A stretch of 63,725 nt of DNA, filler included, from Reclinomonas americana ATCC 50394 (Eukaryota), in the NCBI GenBank assembly GCA_048213135.1. It is 17 parts of 17 records of this genome, joined end to end, with 100 filler letters (N's around TTAATTAATTAA, not from the genome) between each part and the next. Parts side by side here need not be neighbours in the genome. Positions count along the whole stretch, not along the records: positions 22,292 to 27,062 come from AFZH01017110.1; positions 27,163 to 34,077 come from AFZH01017111.1; positions 34,178 to 39,421 come from AFZH01017113.1; 14 more parts are not named here. One strand, given 5' to 3'. Position 1 is the first letter of the stretch. Each line of letters begins with the position of its first letter. Shown here piece by piece: positions 26,127-38,261 of the stretch. The notes under the pieces are model-generated. The model searched no databases, was not told the origin of the DNA, and saw only the letters and a program-made list of their open reading frames with translations. The position numbers and the translations under genes were made by a program.

Positions 26127-29100
26127 TCACGTGCCCGCATTGTTGGCCTCCTGCAGGTTCTTGCACCTGCGATGCTGCTGTCAGCAAAAGACAAACCCTC
26201 TGCATTGCGCAGCACTCTCACCCGTGATCGTTGACGCGCACGCGACCTGCGACGACGACAGGTGAGCGCAACAGGGAAGAGCACTCGTCTCCGTTAACGC
26301 ATGACAAACCTTGCACCAAGTTGCTCGTGAAAATGGCACGCTGCACTCCGCTGAACACCTCCAACTGCGGTGCGTTCCACTGGAAATCGCACCTGTGCGA
26401 GCAGCGACTCAGTGCGCGACGACAACCCCAGCACGCGCGCGCACCACAATGCATGGCCAACGCACCCAATGACGGAAACGGAGCCACCAGTGACCTGGAT
26501 CGCCGCGCGCCCGTTCCCCACCTTGTCCCACTGCGAAAACGTGCAGTCGGCAAAGCTCACCGTTCCTGCGATCGCTGGAAGTGAGTCGCATGCATTCGCG
26601 AGACGAAATCACCAATCGCAAAGAACACACCACTGCCGGCCACCTTGGCAATCTGATTGGCCGGGCCCCAGAAGGCAGAGTTCACGAAGGACACCTGGTG
26701 GAGGAGGTGATTAGCAACAAACAGCATGCTCTGCCACTTCTCCCTCCCGCAGCACTCACCCTTCCCGTGTTGGTGGACGAGACAACCACCTGAACATAAA
26801 CTTGGTGAGCAAGTTGTAAAGACAAGCGGCAGGGAGACAAGACTCGTAAGTACCTCTGACGAATCAGAACCTGGTCGAATGTGGCTGTCAGTGGAATGGA
26901 AGGGTTCATGGACAGAGAGCACAAGGGAAAGCACGACAGACCCTCAAAGCACGTGAATTCTCCGTTGGTGATCAGGATGCCGTACACGTCCGAGTCGTCC
27001 ACCTGCACACTGGCTGCGTGCGACACCAACTCAATTGAGTGCGAGTGTGCGCGATCGTACTANNNNNNNNNNNNNNNNNNNNNNNNNNNNNNNNNNNNNN
27101 NNNNNNTTAATTAATTAANNNNNNNNNNNNNNNNNNNNNNNNNNNNNNNNNNNNNNNNNNNNGGAAGACAGAAGGGGGTAGACGCAAGAGGTATGGAGCA
27201 AGGAGAGAAGTGGGAGAACACAGAAGGGGAAAGACGGAAGGGGGAAAGACGGAAGGGGGAAAGACGGAAGGGGGGAAGATGGCAGAGGGAGAAGACGGAA
27301 GGAGGGAACGACAGAAGAGGGGAAGGGGGAAGACCGAAGGGGGAAGACAAAAAGGGAAGACAAGGGGGAAGAGGGAAAGGAGTGAAGGCCTCACTGCCAG
27401 TTCGGATCAACGTGCAGCATCGCGACAGGTGAGGGCAATGACGACCAGTCTCCTCTTCTCCTTATTCATCACACACCGCGATGGCGTCTGCGCTCACGAC
27501 AGGCAGGGCATTCCAAATCACTCACCAGTTGAAGACGTATTCCCAGTCTGTGCACAACGCGCACACATGAGCAAGACTGGCTCCAACACACTCGTTGCAG
27601 GCACACACACACTTACCGCTGCGAGCAATCTTGAATCCGATGCCATTCGCACGCTGCCAGGCAAACAGCGTCGGCTCCATGGAGAACCAGGGGTTCTGCA
27701 CCAGCGAGAGTCAGCAGTCAACGCAATCAGCACACAATGCCCTTCCTGCACGACGAACCCAGTGCACATTGCTGATACGACCAATCTGGCAAAGGATAGT
27801 GAGACACTAATGAGACTAAACGAGCGACAGCCGGTCACCAGCGCACATCGTAGGTCTGCAACAACCAACATGAGCTCGCGGCAGTCACGAAATGAAGGAG
27901 GAGAGAGACGAACCTGGTCGACAAAGATGCCGATACTCAGCGGCTGGCCTGTGTGTGCCAGAACAGTGAGCGCTGGCACTCTCTGTTCCTCATGACCACT
28001 CAGTCACGTACCTTGCACGCGATCGATGTAGTGGCGGGCGGCATTGACGGCCTGCGGTGGCACAATGAGCGGCGTGGGGGAGAGGGGCAGTTTGGGAAAG
28101 AGGACGAACCTGAATGCCATTAAACGGGTTCAGCAGCTCGACATCTGCACACCGGATATTAGAGAAGATGCACAGGGAAGCCAAGGGAGGGACACAACGC
28201 ACCAATAACAGCCGGATTGTTGCCGACCATGGAGATGGCCCAGGGGTACGGCACGGGAACGCCGCTCGGAGCTTGATCGGGGTAGTAGATCACCACCTGT
28301 GGTTGAATTGAGACATATGCTCACTCTCGCTTCGAACTTTTCCAGACAGACGCACCCCGCGCAGTGTCGAGTCCTCCTGCAGCAGCAAAAAGGGAGTGCC
28401 GTTCGCGTTGCCACGGTTGGCCGTGGGCATCAGCACACTGCCGTCCGTCGGCGGCTGCGTGCCGGGATCGCGGATGCCTGCGTGACTGCCGACAAGGCAC
28501 ACAAGGTCAGAGAAAGAAGATGAAGGGTCGTGAGAAAGAAAATAGAAAGTCGGGAGAAAGAGGACGGTGGAGAAGAAGCAAGGGATGTAGTGGAGAGGAG
28601 GGTATGAGAGTGTGGAGAACGAGGAGAAAGAGAGAAGAATTGGTAAAGGCACGGAAGGGAGTGGACAATGGAGAAGATGAGACAGATGTAGTGCGGGAGG
28701 TGAGGGTGCCGAAAAGAGAGAGAGAAAAGGAGAGAAGAAGAAAAATAGAAGAGGGACCTTGGGAAAGTGATGAATAAGCAATGGGTGGCGTAGAAAGGAA
28801 AGTGTGGGATGTGAAGGCGCGGAAAAAGAATTCAAGAGAGAATAGAGAGAACAGTGGATGAAGGGACGGAGGGGGTGTGAGGGAGAGGAAGCAAGGAATG
28901 CAGTGGAGAGAAAAAGCACCGGAGGTGACGGTGTGGAGAACAAAGAGAATGAAAAGCAGAAGGAAAGGGAGAGAGAGAGAGAGCACGGAGGCGCGTGGGA
29001 AAGTCGACGATGGAGAAGAAGGAAGGGATGTAGTGGAGAGGAGAGCACGGGAAGGACAGAGGAAGTTGAGAAAAGAGAGGAATGGTCGTGAGAAGGAGGA

Positions 29101-30467
29101 CGATTGCGGAAGAAACGAGGGATGTCGTCGAGAGAAGAGCACGGGAGGTGAGGTTGTGGAATAGAGTAGAAGAGAAAGAGAGAACAATGGGGGAAGGGAC
29201 GGAGGGGGTGTGAAGGAGAAGAAGCAATGAATGCAGTGGAGAGAGATGAGGGTGTGGAGAACAAAGATAGTGAAAGCAGATGAAACGGGGAGAGAGAGCG
29301 CGAAATGTGGACGACAGAGAAGAAGCGATGGATGTAGTGGAGAGGAGGGCACGGGAGGTGAGGTTGTGGAATAAGAGTAGAAGAGAAGGAGAGAACAATG
29401 GGGGAAGGGACCGAGGGAATGGACAAAGGAGAGGAAGCAAGGAATGCAGAGGAGTGAGAACGAGAGGTGAGGGTGCGGAGAACAAAGAGAGTGAAAAGCA
29501 GAGGAAAGGGACAGAGAGCACGGAGGAGCGTACAAGATGCAGAACAAGGGAGGGATGTCGGCGACGAACGGAGGGGGTGGAGGGCATGAACAATGGAGAA
29601 ACGATGCGTGGAAAAAGGGTGGAGAATGAAGGGAGAATGAAGAAAGAGGGAGTGGACAGAGGAAGAGAAATTTTCTTCCCTCTTCCCTTTCCAGTCCCCA
29701 TTCCCCTTCCCTATTCTTCCCTCTTCCCTTCCCCCCTTCCCGTCCCTCTCATTTCCCCCGCACACCTCGGCACACATCGGAACGTCCCCTCCAGCGTCAC
29801 CGACTTGGGCACCTGCAGCGACCCACTGAATCGGTACCGCCCCGCCGGCACCCACACAATACCACCCCCCGCCATCGAATTGAGCGCCGCCTGGAACGGC
29901 CCCGTGTTGTCAAACTGCCCATCGCCCACTGCTCCATAGTCGAGCACGTTGGCGGTGGAGGTGTGGTTCTGCAACGCGCATGAGAGACGATGACCATAAG
30001 AGAGGACACAATTGCAAGCAATACAGCATATATACCGCTGACAACTGTAGCTCGACTGGAGTCGGCAGACGCGACTGCTGGAAGGCGGAGTGCGCAGCTG
30101 CGGAGTCGAGAATGCCACGGATGCAGCGCTCTTGTGCCTCTGCAGTCTGTGTGGCAATATGAGTGTCAGCGGAAAAACTCAATGTGCATGCTGCATTCAT
30201 TCTCTCTCACCAGTCGGCGACATGATTGTGTGGATATGATGGGGTCGCGCTGGTGCTCTTCATGTGAGTGCGTGAGAGGTACTGATGTGTGTGTGTGTGA
30301 GAGAGCAAGAGAGACGAAACGTGGACAAAGCCAGTGTCGACTTGCATGACGCGCTGAATGTCGTTGCTGTCGTCGCCTTGTCTTGAGAGTGAGGCATTGG
30401 CTGTGAGGGCGAGTGCGACGGTGGAGAGGAGGAGAATGAGAAGGGAGAGAGCGTGGCGTGACAGCAT
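26127..30467 (-). CDS. Secreted right-handed beta-helix polysaccharide-active enzyme (Pectate_lyase_3 / GH28-related), many short exons
   Basis: Signal peptide MLSRHALSLLILLLSTVALA. Motif NVLDYGAVGDGQFDNTGPFQAALNSMAGGGIVWVPAGRYRFSGSLQVPKSVTLEG, then VVIYYPDQ, ELLNPFNGI, RHYIARVQG|QPLSIGIFVDQ, IGRISNVHW|NPWFS, GILITNGEF, VSFVNSAFWGP. Ends KNLQEANNAGT*. Confidence 0.85.
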
Positions 30468-30816
30468 GGTTTGGTTTCGTTTGGTTGAAGAGGACAACAA
30501 TGTCCAACTTCGACAAAGGCCAACTGCCCGCCATACCCCCGTGGTGCGAGCGACGTGCTTGTGTTGGTACGCTTTGCCGTTGTGGAAGCGCAGATGCTGG
30601 CGCTGGCATCGCGATCGGTGCTGCGGAGCGATCTGCACGTGCACGGTTACGGAAAGGGATCCGTGACCAGCTGAGCCGGCGCCGCATGCATATGCGCGCA
30701 CGCCAAGAAGATTGAAATGGGCTGGTCACGAGCACGACCGGCCCCGTTGCGGGAGCCTGTCAAGCAGAGGCGAGCCCTAGGGGGTTCACTTACATTCTTC
30801 AGTTCTCACAGATATT

Positions 30817-32448
30817 CTAATCTATCGGGTTCTGCGGAGGTGGAGGTAGCGCTGCAAGAGGTGCACGTACGCGTGGAGGAGGCGCTGCTGCTGCAGCTGG
30901 GGGAGCTGGAAATACCCTCACGTCCTCGCCAATAATTTCGTCCGCTAGCACCACAAACACAGAGCCAGCTGTAGCCCCCGGTTGATACGGCCCGGCCACA
31001 TGCACAGACAACCGAGGCCCAACTGACCATCCGACCACCGTGATAACGGAGACGAGACCGACTGACACACCAAGAATGCACAGGTCGTGGAGCTTCTGAG
31101 ACATGGGAATGCACAACAGAAGGCACGCAGTAACAACACCCATTACAACGCTGGCCCGGAATATCCACAGACGAAGACGACATACTGGGTATCGCTGCCT
31201 GTACGTGCCCCAAGTACTGGTTGTTGTATTGCCTGGCTTGAGCATGTCATCATAATCTGCATTCGGGAGGCGGAGGCGGATCGGGGCAGATCCGACCTGC
31301 GCACACATGCTCTCACAGAGATCTCGACGCGTCCGGCCTGGAATCCCACAGCACCGGCAAGAGGCGCAGCGCCCGTCACTTGGATAACACGAGAAGCACA
31401 AAAAGCAGAAGACGCGCTCGAGCTGACAGTCCGAAGAATACTGGAGCGTACAGTCCAACACAGAGCAACCCGTGGATGGAGGAAAATCCGGATCCCCGTC
31501 CAAGCTTAAAGGGACGGTTACCACTATAAAATTCGTATGTCTGGAAAGGTGAGGGCGGGAACGAGTTTCTCAAGCCACTGGCGAGAGAAGGCAACCAGGT
31601 CATCACGAACATCAGTCAACCCAGTCACTCGGAGGTGCACTGTGGCGTGTCTCTCTGAGTGCCACCGTGTAGGGGTGGTGTTCCTCGTGGTGTGCAAATG
31701 CACCGTGCATGTAAACACTCGAGGTGGGGGGGGCGTGTGGTGGGCGACATGGAGTGGAAATTGCCACCAAAACGCGCCATGGGCCCTTCCACTGCACCAC
31801 ACGCCGCGAAAAGTGTGCCCACCACCTCTTGTACGTGTACAGTCATACCCCAGAGAGCGGCGGCGCGCGGCGATGCGTGGAAGTGACCTAGGAATTTTCT
31901 TGAATTCACCGAAAATCTGGTGGAAGCGTCCCTTTAAGTCGAGTCTGGTGATCCACCGTTTCGCAGGGGAAAAGATGATCGCCCCATGTACGAGGACAGA
32001 GCAAATCACCATGACAGCATTCGCAATATCATAGACAATGCCCCCGTCGAATTTGCAGAAGAGCACAACAGGTACGAGAAGCAGACCGACCACCAAAGTG
32101 GATAACAAGGTGCGCCAGTGCACTCCATTCCCATTCTCGCGTTTGACATTGCCACATGCTTCAAGCATCTGGTCGACATCGTAGGCGCAGTTCATGTGTC
32201 CACACCACTCAATCTTCTTCCCTGTCCTCCAGCAATTTTTCTTGCAGCCCCAGCAATCACTGGACACACAGCACCCACAGCAGAAAAAGAGCCAGCACAA
32301 GCCAGATTGGCAGAAAAACCAGCGGCAGTTGTCACCACTCTTGTTCTGCAGGGCGAAGTGAACTCAGTAACGTGACATGTGCACATGCACATGACAGCGA
32401 TCTCACCGGCCGCTGTGGTTCAGCCAAGTCGGCGTCAAAAGGTTGCAT
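30817..32448 (-). pseudogene. Cys-rich, 4-TM membrane protein gene interrupted by a MITE insertion
   Basis: Exon 1 32448-32407 (MQPFDADLAEPQRP), exon 2 from 32345. Removing 31510-31937 joins ORFs 31524-32300 and 30817-31524 in frame (..ITRLDL|SLDGDP..). Confidence 0.65.
31510..31933. mobile_element. 424-bp non-autonomous DNA transposon (MITE) with TTAA target duplication, Kolobok/T2-like ends
   Basis: TTAA at 31506-31509 and 31934-31937. Left end AGGGACGGTTACCAC; right end reverse complement AGGGACGCTTCCAC. Confidence 0.8.
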
Positions 32449-32607
32449 TACAGTTGCTTCGCGTGGAAGACAAGAGTGCTCGTGGGATCTGACAGTGTTC
32501 TTCTGTTGTGCGTGCTTTGCGGTCAGGTGTGTGTGTGTGCGTGCTCGCGCGGGACAGTTCGTTCGGTCGCATAGCACACTTCGCACGCACCAACAGACAG
32601 CGTTGTA

Positions 32608-33645
32608 TGGGGAATCGTCCACCGAAGGGCTTTGTGTGGGTGGCGCACTTCGATGACCTGATGGCCGTCGCTCAGGTTCGAAAGCGCCACATCAAGGCCC
32701 AGTTTGAGTTGGACTCTCCCACACAAGATGTTGCGCAGTCGACACTCGTTCTGCTCGCTCGCACATACACCTGCTCATGTCACCTTTCCCCCTCCCCCGT
32801 GCTGCCGCCAGCGTGAACCATGCTACTGTTCAATCAAGAATGATGTGGCTAACATTCGTTTGGTCCTTCGAGGATCCACGTACTTCTTGGAGCTCAGCAC
32901 CACCGCCATCGTCACTGAAGAGTGGCTGCTCCGTGGCAGTTTCTTCTCTGCTGATGGAGATTTCATCGGGGAGGCAAGAGGGGTGCTGAGAGAGCGGGTG
33001 GATGAGTGTGACGAGAGTCGTCGACTGGGCATGGTCCTGGATTTGGATCCTGAGACTTCGGAACTGTCGCACCCTGAGCACCTTACGTTGCTGGCCGTTC
33101 GCCCTCCACGTGATCTAAGCAAAGCAGGTGTGGTAATCCAACGTTTGTGGTGTTTCGCCTTGATTTGGTTCCTCATTATGCCTCAACAGATGCCCAACGC
33201 ATGGTCGACACGATTGCAAGCCTTCTCGGCAGCGTGTCAGCACATCGCATTTACAAGGGCGCAGCACAACCGCGAGTTAAGGGCAGTGTGGCTCGGCGTG
33301 CAGTGATCAAGAGTCTCGCAGTGGCCGCCGAACTTGACCGTCTCGACGTTCTTGACCGCCTCGATTCCGATGGCCACGACTGCCACGACGACGTTGTCAA
33401 CGCCTTGAAATCCGTGTTTTCATACAAGGCGTTGCGTTTGCAAGGCACCTTTGTGTGTGCATGCATCGACGAGCACTCATGACGACTTTACGCATTTTTT
33501 TTGCAGACCGAATGTGACCGCAACTCCTGATCGTAATGTGTACATGAAGCCCTGGCTGGGCTTTGTTCAGTCCATTCGGCACACCTGTGAGCGCTTCGGG
33601 TTCACTTGGCCCGAATATGAGAGTGATCCGTTGCTAAGTCAGTGA
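32608..33645 (+). CDS. Hypothetical multi-exon protein
   Basis: Consecutive coding-like blocks (MGNRPPKGFVWVAHFDD..; REPCYCSIKND..RDLSKA; DAQRMVDTIASLL..; PNVTATPDRNVYMKPWLGFVQ..LLSQ*) bounded by plausible splice sites. No family recognised, and the first junction is uncertain. Confidence 0.5.
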
Positions 33646-34280
33646 TGAGTACACTCGGTGTTTCCCAGTTCATGCAATGATTCTAGGAAGAACGCAGATG
33701 AGATCGCAGATCATGGATCGCCGTTGCTTGAGAACGAAATAGCTGTCGGTCGTCAGCGACTTACCGATATTGTCTCGCGATTGAGCATACAACAGCGTGG
33801 ACGATTGCTGTAGCACACGCCAACTGACCCGAGCATGTCGCCCGCATCTCTGCCGAGTGCCATGCGCATCCCTTCCCCTTCTCACTGCAGCAACTCTTGC
33901 CCACCACTCTTCCTCTTCTTGCCATGAGAAGCCAGTGCTACGCAGGCAACTCTGTTCTCTCTCTCTCTCTCTCTCTCCTGCTGTACGGCCAAGGCGGATG
34001 TACGGTACAGCACGCCGTAAGGTAATTTTCGTAGTAATTCAACCGAAAATCTGGTGGAAGCCGTTACCCTTTAAGTCNNNNNNNNNNNNNNNNNNNNNNN
34101 NNNNNNNNNNNNNNNNNNNNNTTAATTAATTAANNNNNNNNNNNNNNNNNNNNNNNNNNNNNNNNNNNNNNNNNNNNGTACCGTAACTACCGCCCTTCGG
34201 TCCGGTACCGTAACGAGGGGAAGGGGACGGGCGTCACGAGATATCTTCGTCGCGTTAGTCGATACGTACCGTCTCTCTCC

Positions 34281-34335
<55 letters not shown>

Positions 34336-34610
34336 GTGAGTGTGTGTGTGAGTGTGCGTGTGAGCGCATGTGACCAGTTACCAAACAAGCAGTGATCGAG
34401 AGAGAGAGAGAGAGACAGCAACACTGCGCGTATTCATTCACATACGCATAAGTGAGTGAGAGAGTGAGGCAACAGACCTTGTCTCCCCTGTTTGACTACG
34501 TAGTGTGCGAGAAGAGTCACAACCAATGCATGTTCGAACACACTCCCCTTCCCTGCCCCTCTCTCACGAACCCATTACGAGACACACACACACACACACA
34601 CCAGTCCGAT

Positions 34611-34775
34611 TCATTCACTCCTCCTTCTCCTCTTCCACTTCTCGTCATGATACTGATAATCATGCTCGGCATCCATATGCTCGACGACAATCGGGCCATT
34701 GCCCGCAATGTCAGAGACAGTCACAGCCAGCTCCCCCGAGGCCACGCTGCCTGATACGAACACTGTGGTGTCCAT
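34611..34775 (-). CDS. Microprotein P4 (54 aa) MDTTVFVSGSVASGELAVTVSDIAGNGPIVVEHMDAEHDYQYHDEKWKRRRRSE
   Basis: MD start, AVTVSD motif; a degenerate paralog lies at ~35810-35915. Confidence 0.55.
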   Translation of the reverse strand: MDTTVFVSGSVASGELAVTVSDIAGNGPIVVEHMDAEHDYQYHDEKWKRRRRSE

Positions 34776-34970
34776 CTCGTCAATTCTCAGCAACAACTGC
34801 AACACAATCAAAAAGAATTCGAAAGCGGACATACAGAGAGCGATGAAGACGTCGTAAGCACGCCAGTGAGAGAGAGAGAGAGAGAGAGAGAGGGCAACAC
34901 GGCAGCACAGCTTCATTCGCGTGACACCAACACTGCGCCCAGTCTTTCTTCTTCTTCTGGGCCCCTTCTT

Positions 34971-35108
34971 CTAATCATGCGTGTGAGCTGCAGATTCATA
35001 TGCATGATCAAGCCACTCGACCTCGACCACGTCAACGATCCTGTGCTCGCCATCGGTTACAGCGCCGCTCTCGTCTCCAACGGCAACCGCAATGCCTTCT
35101 GGATCCAC
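34971..35108 (-). CDS. Microprotein P5 (45 aa) (V/M)DPEGIAVAVGDESGAVTDGEHRIVDVVEVEWLDHAYESAAHTHD
   Basis: GIAVAVGDE motif. Begins CACAG|TG-GAT, so either a GTG start or an ATG split by an intron. Confidence 0.5.
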   Translation of the reverse strand: MDPEGIAVAVGDESGAVTDGEHRIVDVVEVEWLDHAYESAAHTHD

Positions 35109-35330
35109 TGTGCGGTCGCGAGGTTGTAAGTGCGTGAGTGGGAGAGTGGTGGGGAGAGAGAGGAAGGGATTTAACTTGGCTCGACAGATTCAAACAACGA
35201 AGATTAAGATGTGAATGCGCGGGACTGTGGACACGGACTCCTGTCTTTTCTTTTGTCTCGCTGTGCGTCATCATGTCGTGAAGTACAGTCTGGCGATCTC
35301 GCCTTCTGTCGTTCATTTCGTTCCCACGCA

Positions 35331-35486
35331 TCACAACGATTCTCTGTGCTGATCATCAACGTCAACGTTTCCGTGTGCTGCTTCTCGCACGTCTGCAACC
35401 ATGTACACGTCCTCGGCACCATCCACATGTGCGCCGGGATCGAGAGCGGCGCCCGAGTCGCCAATGACAGTGACAATGCCGTTCAT
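35331..35486 (-). CDS. Microprotein P6 (51 aa) MNGIVTVIGDSGAALDPGAHVDGAEDVYMVADVREAAHGNVDVDDQHRESL
   Basis: NGIVTVIGD motif; acceptor-like CGCAG 9 nt upstream of the ATG. Confidence 0.6.
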   Translation of the reverse strand: MNGIVTVIGDSGAALDPGAHVDGAEDVYMVADVREAAHGNVDVDDQHRESL

Positions 35487-35809
35487 GTTGATAGACTGCG
35501 CACACAGAGAGATGAGAGTTGCAGGGAGCTCGAGGGGAGGGGAGAGAGGGAGACGAGGTCCACACACACTCACCTCTTCTCGTGCCACGACAACAACGAA
35601 AGACGGAATAGAATGCAAGAGGGGGACTAGCGGACACGTCGCAGCGACGGAGTCGGTCGACTCGTCATCGTTCCCTGCGCTGCTGCAGTCGAGTTGATTA
35701 ACGCGGCGCACTATAGCTATAGACAAGGATTTGAGAGTCGGACGCGCAGGTTGTAGGGCGTGCGACAAAGGCACAAGCCTGGCGCACACTCACTCCGGAT
35801 CCTTCCATG

Positions 35810-35915
35810 ATCAATGAGCAGTATGTGCTCGACGTCCATCGGGTTCTCGCAGCACTCGCAAGTGCCAGAGACACAGTCACAAGCGCAGCTCCCTCGATGC
35901 ACTGTGGTGTCCACA
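35810..35915 (-). pseudogene. Frameshifted copy of microprotein P4
   Basis: Minus strand GTGGACACCACAGTG..GGGAGCTG..TGTGACTGT..CTCTGGCA..CCCGATGGACGTCGAGCACAT aligns by eye to P4 DNA, with indels and ATG>GTG. Confidence 0.55.
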
Positions 35916-36096
35916 CACAACACACCACAAAACAAACAAAAACGAGCGAACACAGCATCGTCAACACTCGACGTGCGCCTCATCCAGCTGTGCAAGAGGG
36001 CGACACACTGCAGCACTTGCTGATTCATTCGCGCGTGACAGACACAAAACAAACACGTTTCGTTGTGTCTACTTAATCGATCTCGTCTTCTCGCAC

Positions 36097-36252
36097 TCAC
36101 ATGTGCATGTGAGCATGAGTGTGCGCCAACGACGCTGCGTGCGCAGGAGCGTGTGCGTGCCACTCCAGGTCGCCCGCGTGCACAGTCTGGTGCACGAATC
36201 CGCCAGTGGTGGCGCCGCCCTCGTCTCCAATGGCAATCACAATACCGTCCAC
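36097..36252 (-). CDS. Microprotein P7 (51 aa) (V/M)DGIVIAIGDEGGATTGGFVHQTVHAGDLEWHAHAPAHAASLAHTHAHMHM
   Basis: GIVIAIGDEGG motif. Same CACAG|TG-GA start as P5 and homologous upstream flank. Confidence 0.5.
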   Translation of the reverse strand: MDGIVIAIGDEGGATTGGFVHQTVHAGDLEWHAHAPAHAASLAHTHAHMHM

Positions 36253-36569
36253 TGTGCGCGCGTGCGTGAATGAGTGATCATGAGTGTGTGTGTGTGTGTG
36301 TGTGCGTGTGCGTGTTGGAGAGAGTGGATGAGAGGGGAGGGGTATAACTTCTTGGCTCGACAACGATTCAAACAATCAAGATGGCCAAGAACAGAATATG
36401 AATGTGCGGGACTGCGCGCGGACACACGCGAAGCATTAAAAGAATGTAGTTCGTGCTTCACCCTCTCTCCGTTGTGCCACACAATCGGCGTCCTTTCGGA
36501 GCCAGTCGTTTTTAATGGACTGCTGCCGACGGTTTGGTCGGCACTGCTTTCTGTTTGCTTTCGAGCCCA

Positions 36570-36704
36570 TCATCCACAGAATGCACTGCCCTCCGACGCC
36601 GGCACGTCCATTGCGCCGCTGCCGGTGATGTTGGGGCCGTATCCACCGCCTCCGCCGCCGGCGGCCTCGTCGCCAATCACGATAGCAATACCGTTCATGT
36701 CCAT
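36570..36704 (-). CDS. Microprotein P8 (44 aa) MDMNGIAIVIGDEAAGGGGGGYGPNITGSGAMDVPASEGSAFCG
   Basis: Long pyrimidine tract, CTCAG|CCACC-ATG-G (strong Kozak context), NGIAIVIGDE motif. Confidence 0.68.
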   Translation of the reverse strand: MDMNGIAIVIGDEAAGGGGGGYGPNITGSGAMDVPASEGSAFCG

Positions 36705-38123
36705 GGTGGCTGAGTGGGAGAGGGTAAGAAGGGAGATGAGAGAGACATGAAGGGGGGGGGGGGGAGGACGAACGAGAAGACAGCAGAAGTAGTGCTGGTG
36801 GTGTTAAAGAAGAAGAGGAAGAAAGGTGACGGTGAAGGTGGAATGAGGAGGAGGAGGAGGAGGAGAGAAGGGCAAGGGGAGGGCGAGGAGAGGAGACGAG
36901 AGGAGAAGGAAGACTAGAGAAGGGACGAAAGCTCAAGAAGAAGAACAGGGGAGGAGTGGAGGCGACGACGCGAGACGGAGGAGGAGGATGTGGAAGACAG
37001 AACGAAGATAAAAGGGCAAGAAGAAGAACAGGGGGGAGGAGGAGTGGAGAAGAAAGAGTAAGCAAAAGCAAAAGAAAAACGGCTTGTGGTGGTGCATGAA
37101 GGAGAAAGCAAATGAAGCTGATAAGGAAGGAGAAGAAGAAGTAGAAGGAGGACACAGAGAAGAAGAGGAGGAGGGAGGAACAGTGAGACAGAATGCACGA
37201 TGTGATGAGCAAAGAGTGCGCCTCCGAGCTTATCCTCTTGATTGTGCGGGAGTGCAGGGAGACGTGGAGCGGAGAGAGAGAGAGAGAGAGAGAGATCAAC
37301 ACGGAGGCACTGATGAGAGACGCGCAGAGAGAGAGTGAGAGAGACTCACAGAGACACATGTGAGTCCAGAAACGCCTCTCCTCGCAATCGCATGCGTGCG
37401 TGAGAGAGTGAGACACAGAGAGAGAGAGTGTGTGTGTGTGTGTGTGTGAGCGTGTGAAAGAGAGAAAGAGCGTGAGTGAGAGAGACTCAGAGAAAAAGAG
37501 AAAGACAGAGACACATAGACGCCTTTGTAAGTCGTGAGACATTTCTACTCGCAGTCGCATGCGTCGACATGTGTGTGCGAGTGTGTGCGTGTGCGTGTGT
37601 GTGTGAGAGAGAGAGGGAGAGACTCAGAGAGAGAGACTCAAGAGAAAAAGACAGACACATAGACGTGAGTCGTGAGACACACTTCTTCTCGCAGTCGCAT
37701 GCGATGTGTGTGCGTGTGCGTGTGCGTATGCGTGTGTGTGTGAGAGAGAGGGAGAGAGAGGGAGAGAGAGCGCGTGTGAGAGAGAAAGAGAGTGAGTGAC
37801 AGAGACACACAGACATCTTTGCGAGTCCAGAAACGTGTTTCTTCTTGCAAAGAGCGTGCGTTGTGAGGGGCACGTGTGCGTGTGTGTGCGAGATAGACAC
37901 ACGAGCAGAGGGGGGAAGGAGGAGGCCTTGCTCTCACCTCTTTCAAGTCAAAAACAATCAAATCAATGAACGGGTGGATCTCCGTCTCTTATCTCTCGCT
38001 CCTCCTGCCCTCCTCTCAGCCACAACAACACAGCACAACGCACACTCAGCACACCGCGATTCATTCATATTCATTCCCCTATCCGCAGTCAATACATTCT
38101 CGCATTCTCGCACTCATGCAAGA

Positions 38124-38261
38124 TCACAGGCCAGGGTGCGGAAACGCCGGCCCAATGAATCCATATGCGCTGCCGGCCCCATCATATGATTCTCCTCCCA
38201 AGTCCGTGCACGTCGCAGCTGACTCGACACTGCTTTCCACGGTCACCGCGTTCGTCTCCAT
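38124..38261 (-). CDS. Microprotein P9 (45 aa) METNAVTVESSVESAATCTDLGGESYDGAGSAYGFIGPAFPHPGL
   Basis: ME start, divergent motif SAATCTD, same size class. Confidence 0.45.
   Translation of the reverse strand: METNAVTVESSVESAATCTDLGGESYDGAGSAYGFIGPAFPHPGL

Noticed and set aside
36570..36578. P8 ends ..F-C-G-TGA, resembling a CGU selenoprotein motif, with an open frame beyond
   Set aside because: No SECIS-like structure seen downstream, no thioredoxin-like context, and the length matches the other family members if TGA is a stop.
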